Shown: in pieces, positions 16,913 through 27,971 of the stretch | Layout of the letters: every line of letters starts with the position of its first letter | Position numbering within the stretch: position 1 is the first letter of the stretch | From: Acutalibacteraceae bacterium | Lineage (GTDB): Bacteria; Bacillota; Clostridia; Oscillospirales; Acutalibacteraceae | Direction: 5' to 3' | DNA length: 64,000 nucleotides | NCBI GenBank assembly: GCA_051892415.1 | Contig: JBJFGF010000009.1 | Location: forward strand, 35,444 to 99,443 | The notes under the pieces: model-generated | Database searches by the model: none | Seen by the model: the letters and a program-made list of their open reading frames with translations, nothing else | Told to the model about the DNA's origin: nothing | Made by a program: the position numbers and the translations under genes

Positions 16913-18726
16913 TGTCCCTTGTAAAGAAAGAACATATCAGAAATTTCTCTATAATTGCACATATCGACCACGGCAAGTCCACCCTTGCCGACCGACTTCT
17001 TGAACTTACGGACACCGTTGCAAAACGCGATATGTCCGCCCAGATTCTTGACGATATGGATTTGGAAAAAGAAAGAGGAATAACAATCAAAGCCCACGCG
17101 GTACGTCTTGATTATACCGCAAAGGACGGAAATAAATATCAACTCAATCTCATTGACACTCCCGGTCACGTTGACTTTAACTATGAGGTTTCCCGCTCCC
17201 TTGCGGCTTGTGAGGGTGCAATTCTCATTATTGACGCTTCACAGGGAATTGAAGCGCAGACTTTGGGAAACACCTATTTAGCCCTCGACCATAATCTTGA
17301 ACTTGTGCCCGTAATTAACAAAATAGACCTGCCCTCTGCGGATCCCGACAGAGTTGCGGCGGACGTTGAGGACATTATCGGTCTCCCCTGCGAAAATGCA
17401 CCGAGAGTTTCTGCAAAAACGGGGCAAAATGTTGAACAGGTACTTGAACAAATCGTCGAACTTATCCCCTGTCCCGAGGGTGATGACGACGCACCTTTGA
17501 GAGCATTGATTTTTGACTCGGTTTATGACAATTACAAAGGTGTTATTGTTTATGTCCGTGTGGTTGACGGCACAATCAAAGTGGGAGACACAATGAAAAT
17601 GATGGCAACGGGTGCCGAATTTACTGTTGTCGAAGTGGGCACAATGAAAGCCACCTCCCTTGAACCCAGCGGCAAACTCTGTTCCGGTGAGGTTGGTTAC
17701 ATTACCGCATCAATTAAAACAGTCAGAGACGCAGTTGTGGGCGATACGGTAACACTTGCTACCGACCCTGCAAAAGAGGCGCTCCCGGGTTACCGTAAGG
17801 CAACACCAATGGTTTATTGCGGTATCTATCCTGCCGACGGTGCGGATTACGAAAACCTCCATGAAGCACTTGAAAAATTACAGTTAAATGACGCTTCACT
17901 TTCCTATGAGCCGGAAACATCGGGGGCTTTGGGATTCGGTTTCCGTTGCGGATTTTTGGGTCTTTTGCATCTGGAAATTATACAGGAAAGACTTGAACGT
18001 GAATACGATTTGGATCTTGTAACAACAGTACCCAGCGTTGTATATAAAATTCACCTTACAAACGGCGAGGTTGTTGAAATTGACAACCCCACTCACTACC
18101 CCGACCCCGCGACCATTGACTTCTGCGAGGAGCCGGTTGCGGATGCACACATTTTTTCACCCAGCGAATATGTTGGCTCGGTTATGGAACTTTGCCAGGA
18201 AAGGCGTGGCACCTTTAAGAATATGGATTATATTTCCGGTGACCGTGTTGAAATCAAGTACGATTTACCCCTAAATGAGATTATTTACGATTTCTTTGAT
18301 GCTCTCAAATCAAGAACTCGGGGTTACGCTTCCCTTGACTACGAAATTTCCGATTACAAGCGTTCAAATCTTGTTAAATTGGATGTTCTTCTTAACGGGG
18401 ATATTGTCGATGCCCTCTCCTTTATTGTACACAGCGACAAAGCCTACGGCAGAGCAAGAAGAATTGCGGAAAAACTCAAAGATAACATACCGAGACAGAT
18501 GTTTGAAATTCCCATTCAAATTGCCATCGGCGGCAAAGTTATTGCAAGAGAAACCGTTAAAGCCATGCGTAAGGACGTTCTTGCAAAGTGCTACGGCGGC
18601 GACATTACCCGTAAAAAGAAACTTCTTGAAAAGCAAAAAGAAGGCAAAAAGAGAATGCGCTCCTTCGGTACTGTTGAAGTTCCTCAAGAAGCATTTATGG
18701 CAATTCTTAAACTCGATGACGATTAA
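16912..18726 (+). CDS. lepA: translation elongation factor 4
   Basis: [28 protein letters not shown], and the LepA C-terminal region. The ATG at 16912 overlaps the mrnC stop (TGATG). Confidence 0.95.
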   Translation: MSLVKKEHIRNFSIIAHIDHGKSTLADRLLELTDTVAKRDMSAQILDDMDLEKERGITIKAHAVRLDYTAKDGNKYQLNLIDTPGHVDFNYEVSRSLAACEGAILIIDASQGIEAQTLGNTYLALDHNLELVPVINKIDLPSADPDRVAADVEDIIGLPCENAPRVSAKTGQNVEQVLEQIVELIPCPEGDDDAPLRALIFDSVYDNYKGVIVYVRVVDGTIKVGDTMKMMATGAEFTVVEVGTMKATSLEPSGKLCSGEVGYITASIKTVRDAVVGDTVTLATDPAKEALPGYRKATPMVYCGIYPADGADYENLHEALEKLQLNDASLSYEPETSGALGFGFRCGFLGLLHLEIIQERLEREYDLDLVTTVPSVVYKIHLTNGEVVEIDNPTHYPDPATIDFCEEPVADAHIFSPSEYVGSVMELCQERRGTFKNMDYISGDRVEIKYDLPLNEIIYDFFDALKSRTRGYASLDYEISDYKRSNLVKLDVLLNGDIVDALSFIVHSDKAYGRARRIAEKLKDNIPRQMFEIPIQIAIGGKVIARETVKAMRKDVLAKCYGGDITRKKKLLEKQKEGKKRMRSFGTVEVPQEAFMAILKLDDD

Positions 18727-18742
18727 TGAATACAATATCATA

Positions 18743-18781
18743 AAAAAGAACCCGACACCTTAAAGTGCCGGGTTCTTTTTT
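18743..18781 (+). terminator. intrinsic terminator after lepA
   Basis: Stem agaacccgacac/gtgccgggttct with one mismatch, followed by TTTTT. Confidence 0.75.
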
Positions 18782-19008
18782 ACGGTTGTTGCACCGCGTA
18801 ATGATAACAGTAAACTTATACTATTTATACCTATGCTTAGAGTAACATTCGTGCAGGTTCTGTTAATTAAAATCTGAAGGATTTTAAAGACACTTCAACG
18901 CGTCTGCATAACATCAAATGCTTTCTTTCCGTTTTTATCTTCATAATTAATCATAACCGACACCCCAAAGAGATGTCGGCCAATTTAATTTCAAACGCAA
19001 ATGAATTA

Positions 19009-19590
19009 TCAAATAAAACTTTCAATTACCGCCTTTAATTCTTCCGTTCCCTCTCCTTTTTCCGATGAAAAAGGAATGATTGTCAAGTTATCACCGAACT
19101 CGGCTAATTCTTCTTTAAGCGCCGTTTTGCGTTGGTTGTACTGTGTTTTGTTTAACTTATCGGACTTTGTTGCGGCAACAACAAAGGGCAGACCCGCTTG
19201 CTGTAAAAAGCGCATCATTATATAGTCGTCCTCGGAAGGCTTGTGGCGCATATCAACAAGTTGTACCACAAGCATAATGTTTCGGGGGCTTTGAAAGTAC
19301 CCCTCCATCATTTCCGCCCAACGCCTTCTTTCACCTTTTGCAACCTTTGCGTAGCCGTAGCCGGGCAAGTCAACAATTCGTACATCCTCAACCCTGAAAA
19401 AATTAATAGTTATTGTCTTTCCGGGTACCGAGGAAACTCTTGCAAGATTTTTTCTGTTAAAAAGTCGGTTAAGCATTGAAGATTTACCTACATTTGAACG
19501 TCCTGCAAAAACAATTTCCGGCAAATCCGAGGGAGGTATCTGTTTCAAAGTGCCGAATGCCGCTTCAAACACAACTTTATTGTAATTCAT
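19009..19590 (-). CDS. yihA: ribosome biogenesis GTP-binding protein YsxC/EngB
   Basis: GRSNVGKSS, DLPGYGYA and TKSDK motifs. Conserved position downstream of lon. Confidence 0.92.
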   Translation of the reverse strand: MNYNKVVFEAAFGTLKQIPPSDLPEIVFAGRSNVGKSSMLNRLFNRKNLARVSSVPGKTITINFFRVEDVRIVDLPGYGYAKVAKGERRRWAEMMEGYFQSPRNIMLVVQLVDMRHKPSEDDYIMMRFLQQAGLPFVVAATKSDKLNKTQYNQRKTALKEELAEFGDNLTIIPFSSEKGEGTEELKAVIESFI

Positions 19591-19592
19591 AA

Positions 19593-22028
19593 TTAGACCT
19601 CACTGCAATAAACTCCGGTGGGCTTTTTATCAGTTCCCCCGTTTTTTATGGGATTATTATCCTTATTTTCTCTCTTTTTGTTTTCTGCAATAATTACTTT
19701 TTTATTCTCCAAAGCAATCACTAAAACTTCATCAAGAGTGGAAACGGGAATGAATTCAATAGAATTTCTGACGGTATCGTTGATTTTTTCAATGTCCGCT
19801 TTATTATCTTCGGGAATAATAACTGTTTTTATTGAGTTTTTGAAAGCCGCTGTGGATTTTTCACGCAATCCGCCGATTGCAAGAACTCTGCCGCGTAAAG
19901 TTATTTCCCCCGTCATTGCAACCGTTTTAACGACCGGAGTGTTCGTAAGGGCGGAAACAAGGGCTGTTGTTATTGTTACACCCGCAGAGGGACCATCCTT
20001 GGGAACAGCGCCTTCGGGAACGTGAATGTGAATATCTTTGGTTTTATAAAAATCACGCTCAACACCCAACTTTTCATAATTTGCCCTTATGTAACTTACA
20101 GCCGCTTTGGCGGACTCTTTCATAACATCACCAAGAGAACCCGTAAGTTCAAGTTTGCCGTTGCCTTCTAAAACCGCAACCTCAATCTGCATCATCTCTC
20201 CGCCCACGGAAGTCCAGGCAAGACCGTTTGCGGCACCAATCATTTCTTCAAAATCAAATTTTGAGGGTTTGTATTTAGGTGCGCCGAGATACTCGTTAAG
20301 ATTTGAGGGTGATACGGTAATTCTACCGTCAAATCCCTCGGCAAATTTAACAGCCGCTTTTCTTATTATCTTTGTTATTGTCCTGTCAAGAGTACGAACG
20401 CCCGCTTCTTTTGTATAACTGCCGATAATTTCATGAATGGCTCCGTCGGTGAATCTGATCATTTTACCGGTCATTCCGAAGTTTTTAACTTGTTTCGGAA
20501 TCAAGTGTTTTTTGGCAATACTGAATTTATCTTCCGCAGTATAACTGTAAAGTTCGATTATCTCCATTCTGTCATAGAGAGGACCGGGAATTTGAGAAGC
20601 ATCGTTTGCAGTGGTTATAAAAAGAACCTTACTCAAATCAAAAGGAACATCAATATAATGGTCGTTAAATGTGCCGTTCTGTTCACCGTCAAGAACCTCT
20701 AAAAGCGCCGATGAGGGATCACCTTTGTAGTAGTTTCCCAACTTGTCTATTTCGTCAAGCAGAATTAAAGGATTGGCAGTTTCCGCCTGTTCAATGGCTG
20801 TAATAATTCTTCCGGGCATTGAGCCGATATATGTTCTCCTGTGACCTCTTATTTCTGCTTCGTCGTGGACACCGCCAAGGGAGATTCTTACATATTTTCT
20901 GCCCATAGCCTCCGCCAAAGACCGCGCAACGGAAGTTTTACCGACTCCGGGAGGTCCCACAAGACAGAGAATTTGCGCATTTGCGTCGGGAGCGAGTTTT
21001 TTAACCGCAATAAGTTCCAATATTCTTTCCTTAACTTCTTCAAGACCGTAATGGTCTTTTTCAAGAATTTTTCTTGCGACTGTGACGTCAAGGTTATCTT
21101 CTGTAAATACTCCCCAAGGAAGTGAAGTAACTCTTTCAAGATATGTTCTTGAAACATTGGCTTCGGGGCCTCCGGGTGTGGTTTTCAGAAGCCTTTCACA
21201 CTCATCAAAAAGTTTTTTCTTTGATTTTTCATCAATGGGAAGTGCAGAAATTTTATCTTTATATTTTTCTGCCTCCGCAACGAGAGAATCTTCCTCTCCC
21301 AACTCAATTGAAGCCGCCTTTATTTGCTCCCGAAGATAATAATCTCTTTGATTCTTGTCCATTCTGTCTTGAACCTTATCGTGTATTTCGGTTTCAAGTT
21401 TTAGAATTTCGGTTTCTCTTGAAAGAATAGTACACAGGCTCTCCGTTCTTTTCATAACATCAAGTTCTGAAAGAAGCGCCTGTTTATCCTCAGTTTGTAA
21501 ATGAAAATGTCCCGCAACTCCGTCGGTTGCTGTTGTAATATCGGACTCCTCCAAAACCGCAAGAAATACCTCCGGTGCAATTCTCGGACTTGCGTTTACA
21601 TATTCTTCAACATTTTCCTTCAAAAGTCTCAAAGCGGCAACGGTTTTAAAATCTTCAACATCCGGAAGATTTTCGTGTGCTTGTTCAACGATAGCCCTCA
21701 TCGAAAATCTTTCTTTGAGTATTTCAGTAATTCTTGCTCTGTAAAGACCTTCAACAACAATTTCAAAACTCTTTCCGTCACCGCTGATTTGCTTGATTTC
21801 AGCAACAACACCGATGTCGTAAAGTTCTTCAAATTTAGGGTCTTCCGTCATTGCATCCTTTTGCGTTACAAGGAAAATCAATCTGTCAGTTGTGTCAACA
21901 GCGCTTCTTATGGCTTTAATAGATTTTGTTCTGCCAACTTCAAAACATACTGTTTGTTCGGGAAAAACGACAAGATTCCTGAGCGCCATAACCGGCAACG
22001 CTCTTTTTTCGTAAATTTCTTTAACCAT
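19593..22028 (-). CDS. lon: ATP-dependent endopeptidase La (Lon)
   Basis: LON N-domain, Walker A GPPGVGKTS, and catalytic PKDGPSAG. Confidence 0.95.
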   Translation of the reverse strand: MVKEIYEKRALPVMALRNLVVFPEQTVCFEVGRTKSIKAIRSAVDTTDRLIFLVTQKDAMTEDPKFEELYDIGVVAEIKQISGDGKSFEIVVEGLYRARITEILKERFSMRAIVEQAHENLPDVEDFKTVAALRLLKENVEEYVNASPRIAPEVFLAVLEESDITTATDGVAGHFHLQTEDKQALLSELDVMKRTESLCTILSRETEILKLETEIHDKVQDRMDKNQRDYYLREQIKAASIELGEEDSLVAEAEKYKDKISALPIDEKSKKKLFDECERLLKTTPGGPEANVSRTYLERVTSLPWGVFTEDNLDVTVARKILEKDHYGLEEVKERILELIAVKKLAPDANAQILCLVGPPGVGKTSVARSLAEAMGRKYVRISLGGVHDEAEIRGHRRTYIGSMPGRIITAIEQAETANPLILLDEIDKLGNYYKGDPSSALLEVLDGEQNGTFNDHYIDVPFDLSKVLFITTANDASQIPGPLYDRMEIIELYSYTAEDKFSIAKKHLIPKQVKNFGMTGKMIRFTDGAIHEIIGSYTKEAGVRTLDRTITKIIRKAAVKFAEGFDGRITVSPSNLNEYLGAPKYKPSKFDFEEMIGAANGLAWTSVGGEMMQIEVAVLEGNGKLELTGSLGDVMKESAKAAVSYIRANYEKLGVERDFYKTKDIHIHVPEGAVPKDGPSAGVTITTALVSALTNTPVVKTVAMTGEITLRGRVLAIGGLREKSTAAFKNSIKTVIIPEDNKADIEKINDTVRNSIEFIPVSTLDEVLVIALENKKVIIAENKKRENKDNNPIKNGGTDKKPTGVYCSEV

Positions 22029-22063
22029 ATATGTACCTGACTAAATTTATTATAATAATATAC

Positions 22064-22101
22064 AATGGAGAATAAAGAATCAAAACCCCTTATTCTCCAT
22101 T
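22064..22101 (-). terminator. candidate terminator/attenuator between clpX and lon
   Basis: 12-bp perfect stem aatggagaataa/ttattctccatt with a 14-nt loop. The downstream U-tract is weak. Confidence 0.4.
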
Positions 22102-22115
22102 ATGAAGTTTTTAAA

Positions 22116-23384
22116 TTATGCTGATTGCTCAGTGCCTTTCGGCTTTTTTACGTACTTGGGATCTGCCCTGCCGTCAACAACCTCCGCTGTCACTTTAACT
22201 ACTTCAATCGTCGAGTCCGAGGGAGCGGAATACATTATTGGCATCAATGTTTTCTCCATTATTGCACGAAGCCCGCGTGCGCCCGTTTCCTTTTCAACGG
22301 TAAGTTCCGCAACACGTTTTACTGCATCATCCGTAAAATCAAGTGTAATATTATCCATTTTGAAAAGGCTTTGGTATTGTTTAAGTAAAGCGTTTTTTGG
22401 CTTAGTGATAATATTCACGAGTGCGTTAACATCAAGATTTTGGAGAGATGTAATAACCGGAATACGACCTACAAGTTCGGGTATAAGACCGAATTTCACC
22501 AGGTCCTGCGGTATCACATTTGAGAACAAGTCCATATCTTTGAGTTCGGATTTGGAGTGTATCTCCGCACCGAAACCGAGAACACTTTTTCCCAAACGTT
22601 CCTCAATAATTTTCTCCATTCCTGCGAATGCTCCGCCACATATAAAAAGAATTTTTGAAGTGTCAATCTGTATAAATTCCTGTTGGGGATGTTTTCTGCC
22701 ACCCTGGGGCGGAACATTGGCAACCGTGCCTTCAATAATTTTCAGAAGTGCCTGTTGAACTCCCTCGCCGCTTACGTCACGGGTTATGGAAGCATTTTCG
22801 GATTTTCTTGCAATCTTATCTATTTCGTCGATATAGATAATTCCCTGCTCTGCCTTTTCAACATCAAAATCCGCCGCCTGAATAAGACGGAGAAGAATAT
22901 TTTCAACATCTTCACCCACATAACCGGCTTCTGTAAGTGTGGTTGCATCTGTAATTGCAAAAGGTACATCAAGTATCTTAGCAAGGGTTGATGCAAGGAG
23001 TGTTTTACCCACACCCGTCGGACCGAGTAAAAGAACATTACTCTTGTTTATCTCAACATCATCGGGAGAAGGTCGAAAAATCCGCTTATAATGGTTGTAA
23101 ACAGCAACGCTTAAAACCATTTTTGCTTCATCCTGACCGATGACATAATCATCAAGAATTGTTTTTATCTCTTGGGGCTTAGGCAGTTTTTTTGCAGCCT
23201 TTGCTTTCTTTTTTATTTCAGGTTGCTGACTTTGGATACCCTCAACAATATCCATGCAAAGTTCAACACAGCTATCGCAAATATAAACTCCGGGACCCGA
23301 AATCATTTGCCCCACTTGCGCTTGGGGTTTGCCGCAGAACGAGCAACGGATTTTATCATTTGATCCTTTTTCGTCACGTGCCAA
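22116..23384 (-). CDS. clpX: ATP-dependent Clp protease ATP-binding subunit ClpX
   Basis: N-terminal zinc ribbon CSFCGK...CDSC, and Walker A GPTGVGKT. Confidence 0.96.
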   Translation of the reverse strand: MARDEKGSNDKIRCSFCGKPQAQVGQMISGPGVYICDSCVELCMDIVEGIQSQQPEIKKKAKAAKKLPKPQEIKTILDDYVIGQDEAKMVLSVAVYNHYKRIFRPSPDDVEINKSNVLLLGPTGVGKTLLASTLAKILDVPFAITDATTLTEAGYVGEDVENILLRLIQAADFDVEKAEQGIIYIDEIDKIARKSENASITRDVSGEGVQQALLKIIEGTVANVPPQGGRKHPQQEFIQIDTSKILFICGGAFAGMEKIIEERLGKSVLGFGAEIHSKSELKDMDLFSNVIPQDLVKFGLIPELVGRIPVITSLQNLDVNALVNIITKPKNALLKQYQSLFKMDNITLDFTDDAVKRVAELTVEKETGARGLRAIMEKTLMPIMYSAPSDSTIEVVKVTAEVVDGRADPKYVKKPKGTEQSA

Positions 23385-23388
23385 AAGA

Positions 23389-23970
23389 TTACCTCTTTTC
23401 GATTATCTTATCTGCAAGACCGTAATTAACTGCATCCTCTGCAGTGAGCCAATTATCTCTTTCTGTGTCTTGGAAAATTTCTTCAACGCTCTTGCCGGTG
23501 TTCTCAGCAAGAATTTTATTCAAGCGTTCTTTAGTTCTCTTAATATGGTCTGCGGCAATCAAAATTTCGGTTGCCTGACCCTGAGCACCGCCGAGAGGCT
23601 GATGGATCATAACCTCGGCATTGGGAAGAATATATCTCTTGCCCTTTGTGCCGGAGGAGAAAAGGAATGCGCCCATGGATGCCGCCATACCCATACAAAT
23701 CGTTGAAACATCACATTTGATATACTTCATTGTATCGTAAATAGCAAGACCTGCCGTAACGCTTCCGCCGGGGCTGTTAATGTAAAAACTAATGTCTTTT
23801 TCCGGATCCTGTCCTTCAAGATAAAGAAGTTGAGCAACAATAATACTTGCGGTTGCATCATTAACTTCATCGGAAAGAACGATGATTCTGTCATTTAAAA
23901 GACGTGAAAAAATATCGTAGGAACGTTCACCGCGATTGGTTTGTTCCACAACATAAGGAATAAGTGCCAT
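23389..23970 (-). CDS. clpP: ATP-dependent Clp protease proteolytic subunit
   Basis: GMAASMGAF (Ser nucleophile) and IHQP. Start at ATG 23970, 9 nt after GGAGG. Confidence 0.95.
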   Translation of the reverse strand: MALIPYVVEQTNRGERSYDIFSRLLNDRIIVLSDEVNDATASIIVAQLLYLEGQDPEKDISFYINSPGGSVTAGLAIYDTMKYIKCDVSTICMGMAASMGAFLFSSGTKGKRYILPNAEVMIHQPLGGAQGQATEILIAADHIKRTKERLNKILAENTGKSVEEIFQDTERDNWLTAEDAVNYGLADKIIEKR

Positions 23971-24030
23971 AAAACACAACCTCCTAAAAATAATATATAG
24001 ATTATTGGCTGATTTTTCTTGCTTTATTCA

Positions 24031-24069
24031 ACAAATATACAACACCGCCCCAGATGTTTACTGAGGCGG
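24031..24069 (-). terminator. intrinsic terminator after tig
   Basis: Minus-strand stem ccgcctcag/ctggggcgg (one G-U pair), 7-nt loop, then a U-rich tail. Confidence 0.5.
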
Positions 24070-24080
24070 AAAAGTATTGA

Positions 24081-25544
24081 TTATTCAGCCTTATCAGCAT
24101 CTGCTTTTTTCTTTGCTGCGGGCTTTTTTGCAGTTGTTTTCTTTGCTGCAGTTCCTGACTTATCAGTAGAAGCCTTCTTTGTTACAGTCTTCTTTGCGGG
24201 CTTCTCAGTTTTTTCTTCTGTCTCAGCCTTTTCTTCAGTATCTGCCGCCTTAGTTGCTTTTTTCTTTGCACCGGCAACTGCTGTATCTTTTACAAGATCC
24301 ATAGCCTTTCTGCAAGCAAGATCCGCCTTAACATCTTCAGCGGAAACGAGAGTTTTAATCTTGTCGAGAGGCATATTATATGCATCCGCATAGGTTTTAA
24401 GTTCTGTTTCAACATCTTCATCGGAAATGTCAATCTTTTCGAGTTCAACAACTTTTTCAAGAGCAAGACGAAGTTTAACCTGCTTCTCTGCACCTTCTTT
24501 GTAACTGTCGCGAAGTGCGGCAACATCCATACCGAGATACTGAAGGTACATATCCATGCTCATACCCTGTGAACGAAGTCTGTAATCGAACTCGTTTACT
24601 TGATTGTCAATTTCTTTTTCAATCATAACTTCAGGAATTTCTGCAATTACGTTGTCACAAAGAGTGTCCATTACCGCACTTTCAAAAGCACGTTCCGCAG
24701 CAGCTTCCTTACGGGCTTTGATTTCTTCTTCAAGGCTCTTTTCGTAATCTGCAATAGTGTCAAATTCGCTGACATCTTTTACAAATTCATCATCGTACTT
24801 GGGAAGTTCTTTCTTCATAATCTTATGAAGTTTGATTTTGAACACCGCATCTTTACCTGCAAGTTCTTCTGCATACTCCTCGGGGAATGTAACGCTGATA
24901 TCAAATTCCTCATCAACCTTGTGTCCGATTACCTGCTCCTCAAAGCCGGGAATAAAATTACCTGAACCGAGTTCAAGGTCATAATTCTCTCCCTTGCCGC
25001 CTTCGAAAGCAACACCGTCAACAAAACCTTCAAAGTCGATAGTAGCGATATCGCCCTTTTTAGCGGCTTTTCCTTCAACAGCAACGAGTTTTGAATCCTT
25101 TTCAAGAGCTTTATCAACTTCTTCTTTGATCTCTGCTTTCTTAACAGTAACCTTTTCTTTTTCTGCCTTGATGCCCTTGTAAGCCTTAAGTTCAACCTCG
25201 GGCTTTACGGTAACTTTAAGTTTTACAACAAAGCCGTTTTCATCAAGAGAAACGATTTCATCCTCAAAGGGAGCGGAAACGGGAACAATTCCTGCTTCTT
25301 TAACCGCTGAATCAAAAAGCGCGGGATACTCTGCGTCAATTGCATCGTACCAGAAAACTTCTTTTCCGTAGTAAGTTTCGATAATGTGCTTGGGAGCTTT
25401 ACCCTTGCGGAAACCGGGTACATTGTACTTACCTCTGTTTTTAGTATATGCCTTTGTGACTGCCGCTTTGAAAGCATCGCTTTCAATAGAAATCTCAAGA
25501 GCATATACATTCGTTTCAACTTTTTCGCAAGACTTTAAACTCAT
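24081..25544 (-). CDS. tig: trigger factor with Lys/Ala/Thr/Glu-rich C-terminal extension
   Basis: GFRKGKAP ribosome-binding motif and an FKBP-type PPIase core. Start at ATG 25544 (MSLKS) with AAAGGA SD. Confidence 0.93.
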   Translation of the reverse strand: MSLKSCEKVETNVYALEISIESDAFKAAVTKAYTKNRGKYNVPGFRKGKAPKHIIETYYGKEVFWYDAIDAEYPALFDSAVKEAGIVPVSAPFEDEIVSLDENGFVVKLKVTVKPEVELKAYKGIKAEKEKVTVKKAEIKEEVDKALEKDSKLVAVEGKAAKKGDIATIDFEGFVDGVAFEGGKGENYDLELGSGNFIPGFEEQVIGHKVDEEFDISVTFPEEYAEELAGKDAVFKIKLHKIMKKELPKYDDEFVKDVSEFDTIADYEKSLEEEIKARKEAAAERAFESAVMDTLCDNVIAEIPEVMIEKEIDNQVNEFDYRLRSQGMSMDMYLQYLGMDVAALRDSYKEGAEKQVKLRLALEKVVELEKIDISDEDVETELKTYADAYNMPLDKIKTLVSAEDVKADLACRKAMDLVKDTAVAGAKKKATKAADTEEKAETEEKTEKPAKKTVTKKASTDKSGTAAKKTTAKKPAAKKKADADKAE

Positions 25545-25661
25545 CTTAAACATCCTTTCATTTGCGAACATATATTAACTGCAAGATTATATCATAATAA
25601 TTTGCAAATTTCCACTATTTTTTCAACAAAATTCCATTTATACCCAAAATTTATTGATTTT

Positions 25662-26366
25662 TTATAAGTTTTCCTCACTCTGAGTAATCAAACGGGGACA
25701 AAACCCTAAATAATCTGCAGAAATCAAACTAAATGCTGTTCCGTTATGTTCCATTTTTGCGTTCTCCGGAGAAACAAATCCGTGAAGATGACCGAAATAA
25801 CAGCGTTTTACCGAGAATTCCTCCAAAACGGAAAGAATTTCATCACAGCGCTGCACGGAACTGATTGGCGGATAATGAAGAAATGCAATCAACTCGCCCT
25901 CAAACTTGCTTGCCGCTTGGAGAGATGTTCTCAGACGTCCCGCCTCACGCAAAATTACCTTTTTATCCGCTTCCGCAGTATCGTCATAAAACCATCCCCG
26001 TGACCCTGCAATAGCAAAATTCTCAACAGAATAGGCGTTGTTATGAATTATCTTAATGGTGGTAAATTCATTGTCCTCTAAAAACTTATTCATTTTAGAC
26101 ATCGTGTTCCACCAATAATCGTGATTACCTTTGAGAATGTATTTTTTACCGTTGAGGGAATTAAGAAAGGAAAAATCCTTAACCGCTTCATTAAAATTCA
26201 TTGCCCAGGAAATATCACCCGGAATAACAACGCTGTCTTCAGGGGAAACAACCCTGTTCCAATTATTCTCAAGTCTGTCGGTATAATCCGTCCATCCTTT
26301 GAAAACATCCATGGGTTTATCTACGGAAAGTGACAAATGAGTGTCACCGATTACAAACAATGACAA
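25662..26366 (-). CDS. metallophosphoesterase family protein
   Basis: GDTHLS, GDISW, GNHDYWW and GHLH motifs. Confidence 0.85.
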   Translation of the reverse strand: MSLFVIGDTHLSLSVDKPMDVFKGWTDYTDRLENNWNRVVSPEDSVVIPGDISWAMNFNEAVKDFSFLNSLNGKKYILKGNHDYWWNTMSKMNKFLEDNEFTTIKIIHNNAYSVENFAIAGSRGWFYDDTAEADKKVILREAGRLRTSLQAASKFEGELIAFLHYPPISSVQRCDEILSVLEEFSVKRCYFGHLHGFVSPENAKMEHNGTAFSLISADYLGFCPRLITQSEENL

Positions 26367-26377
26367 TCCGCGTCACC

Positions 26378-27874
26378 TCAAATGCCAAGCATATCAAATA
26401 CGACCTGCGCCATATTTTCCTTAGATGTTAACTTATTGAAGCGAACTTCTTTACCCTTAAGAGCGGCAAGTTGTTCGGGTGCTTTAAGAGAGGAAACATT
26501 TTCGAGTGCGGCAACGGTTTCAAATTCATCGTCATATTCTTTCTTATCTTTATCAACTGCAGAAAGAACTGCTTTGGAAAACTTAAAGGGTGATGCGGTA
26601 GAAGCAATAACAACGGGGGTTTTGTCCCCTGTTTTTTCTTCATACGCGTTATAAACATTGATTGCAACCGCAGTATGTGTATCCGAAAGATAGTTATAGT
26701 CCGAATAAGTCTGACTTATTGTGGCTTTTGTCATTACATCGTCACAGCAACCTGCGGCAAAAATCTCGTTAATTTTTGACTTAACAGCATCGCTTACCGT
26801 GTATTTGCCGTTTTCTTTGAGTTGAGTAAACCAATCATTGATTACATCGGAATTTCTGCCGCAAAGAATATAGAGAAGTCTTTCAAGATTGCTTGAAATC
26901 AAAATGTCCATTGATGGTGAAACCGTCGTATAGAAGTCACGGTTTCTGTCATATATGCCATTTTCAATAAAGTCGGTGAGAACATTGTTCGCATTGGACG
27001 CACAAATAAGTTTGTTAACGGGCAAACCCATTTCCTTAGCAAAGTACGCGGCAAGAATATTGCCGAAATTTCCCGTTGGAACTACAATGTTAATTTTGTC
27101 ACCGAATTTAACGGCTCCGCTGTTAACCATATCGCAATATGCAGAAATATAATATACAATTTGAGGAGCGAGCCTGCCCCAGTTGATTGAGTTGGCAGAA
27201 GAAAACACCAGGTTATTTTCTTCAAATCTCTTTAATATTTCTTTATTTGTGAAAATTGACTTGACTCCGGTCTGAGCGTCATCAAAATTGCCGTGGATTG
27301 CGCACACGCCCACATTATTGCCCTCTTGGGTTGTCATCTGAAGTTTCTGCATGGGGCTTACACCGTCATTGGGGTAGAAAACAAGTATCTTTGTTCCCTC
27401 AACCCCCTTAAAGCCCTCTAAAGCGGCTTTACCCGTGTCACCGGAAGTTGCAACAAGAATAACAATTTCCTTATCTTTTAGATTTTTCTTTGCGGAAACC
27501 GTAAGAAGATAGGGTAAAATTTGAAGTGCCATATCCTTGAATGCACAAGTGGGACCCTTGAAAAGTTCAAGAATATTTACATTGTCATGAAGATTAACTA
27601 CGGGAGCAACATCCTTTGAAGAAAACTTACCGTCCGCATAAGCACCCTCTACGCAGTAATCAAGTTCTTCCGCCGTGAAATCGGAAAGATAGAGTCCGAG
27701 AACTTTTTTGGCACGAGCCTTGTAGTCCACGGCGCAAAGTGCTTTGATTTCATCCCGGGAAATCTTTGGAATTTCCACGGGTATATAAAGACCTCCATCG
27801 GGTGAAATTCCGTCGGTAATTGCCTTTGAAGCAGTAACCTTTACACTGTTATCCCTTGTTGATGTATATAACAT
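26378..27874 (-). CDS. thrC: threonine synthase (long form)
   Basis: MLYTSTR start and the FKD PLP-lysine motif (PTCAFKDMALQ). The ATG at 27874 is preferred over the GTG at 27883. Confidence 0.92.
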   Translation of the reverse strand: MLYTSTRDNSVKVTASKAITDGISPDGGLYIPVEIPKISRDEIKALCAVDYKARAKKVLGLYLSDFTAEELDYCVEGAYADGKFSSKDVAPVVNLHDNVNILELFKGPTCAFKDMALQILPYLLTVSAKKNLKDKEIVILVATSGDTGKAALEGFKGVEGTKILVFYPNDGVSPMQKLQMTTQEGNNVGVCAIHGNFDDAQTGVKSIFTNKEILKRFEENNLVFSSANSINWGRLAPQIVYYISAYCDMVNSGAVKFGDKINIVVPTGNFGNILAAYFAKEMGLPVNKLICASNANNVLTDFIENGIYDRNRDFYTTVSPSMDILISSNLERLLYILCGRNSDVINDWFTQLKENGKYTVSDAVKSKINEIFAAGCCDDVMTKATISQTYSDYNYLSDTHTAVAINVYNAYEEKTGDKTPVVIASTASPFKFSKAVLSAVDKDKKEYDDEFETVAALENVSSLKAPEQLAALKGKEVRFNKLTSKENMAQVVFDMLGI

Positions 27875-27936
27875 TGAGAACACATCCCTTAATAAATTTA
27901 TATTACATAATACTCCATTATATCAAGAGTAAACCA

Positions 27937-27965
27937 ATTTTAACAAAGGGATGTAAAAATGTCAA
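27937..27965 (-). promoter_or_regulatory. sigma-A type promoter upstream of thrC
   Basis: Minus strand reads TTGACA (27965-27960), 17 nt, TAAAAT (27942-27937). Confidence 0.55.
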
Positions 27966-27971
27966 GGGCTC

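Noticed and set aside
18895-18954. 19-codon minus-strand sORF (MINYEDKNGKKAFDVMQTR) downstream of engB
   Set aside because: It has only a weak SD (GGGGTG) that is part of a hairpin. There is no promoter, the composition is typical of AT-rich spacer, and nothing supports it. This is not enough evidence.
18781-19008. Possible ncRNA or T-box fragment (gcaccgcg) in the 280-bp spacer between lepA and engB
   Set aside because: Only a 6-8 nt resemblance to the T-box core. It is on the plus strand with no downstream plus-strand gene, and no supporting secondary structure was seen.
21501-22758. Long antisense ORFs opposite lon and clpX (179 aa and 218 aa); similar ones lie opposite dacB (28690-29259), tig (24019-24393) and lepA (18275-18763, alternate frame)
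   Set aside because: They overlap strongly conserved genes on the other strand or frame. They have low-complexity or hydrophobic composition typical of shadow ORFs and no translation signals.
23971-24080. CtsR box or CIRCE element upstream of clpP (and upstream of lon/clpX)
   Set aside because: I looked for a GGTCAAA direct repeat and for TTAGCACTC-N9-GAGTGCTAA. Neither is present in these spacers.
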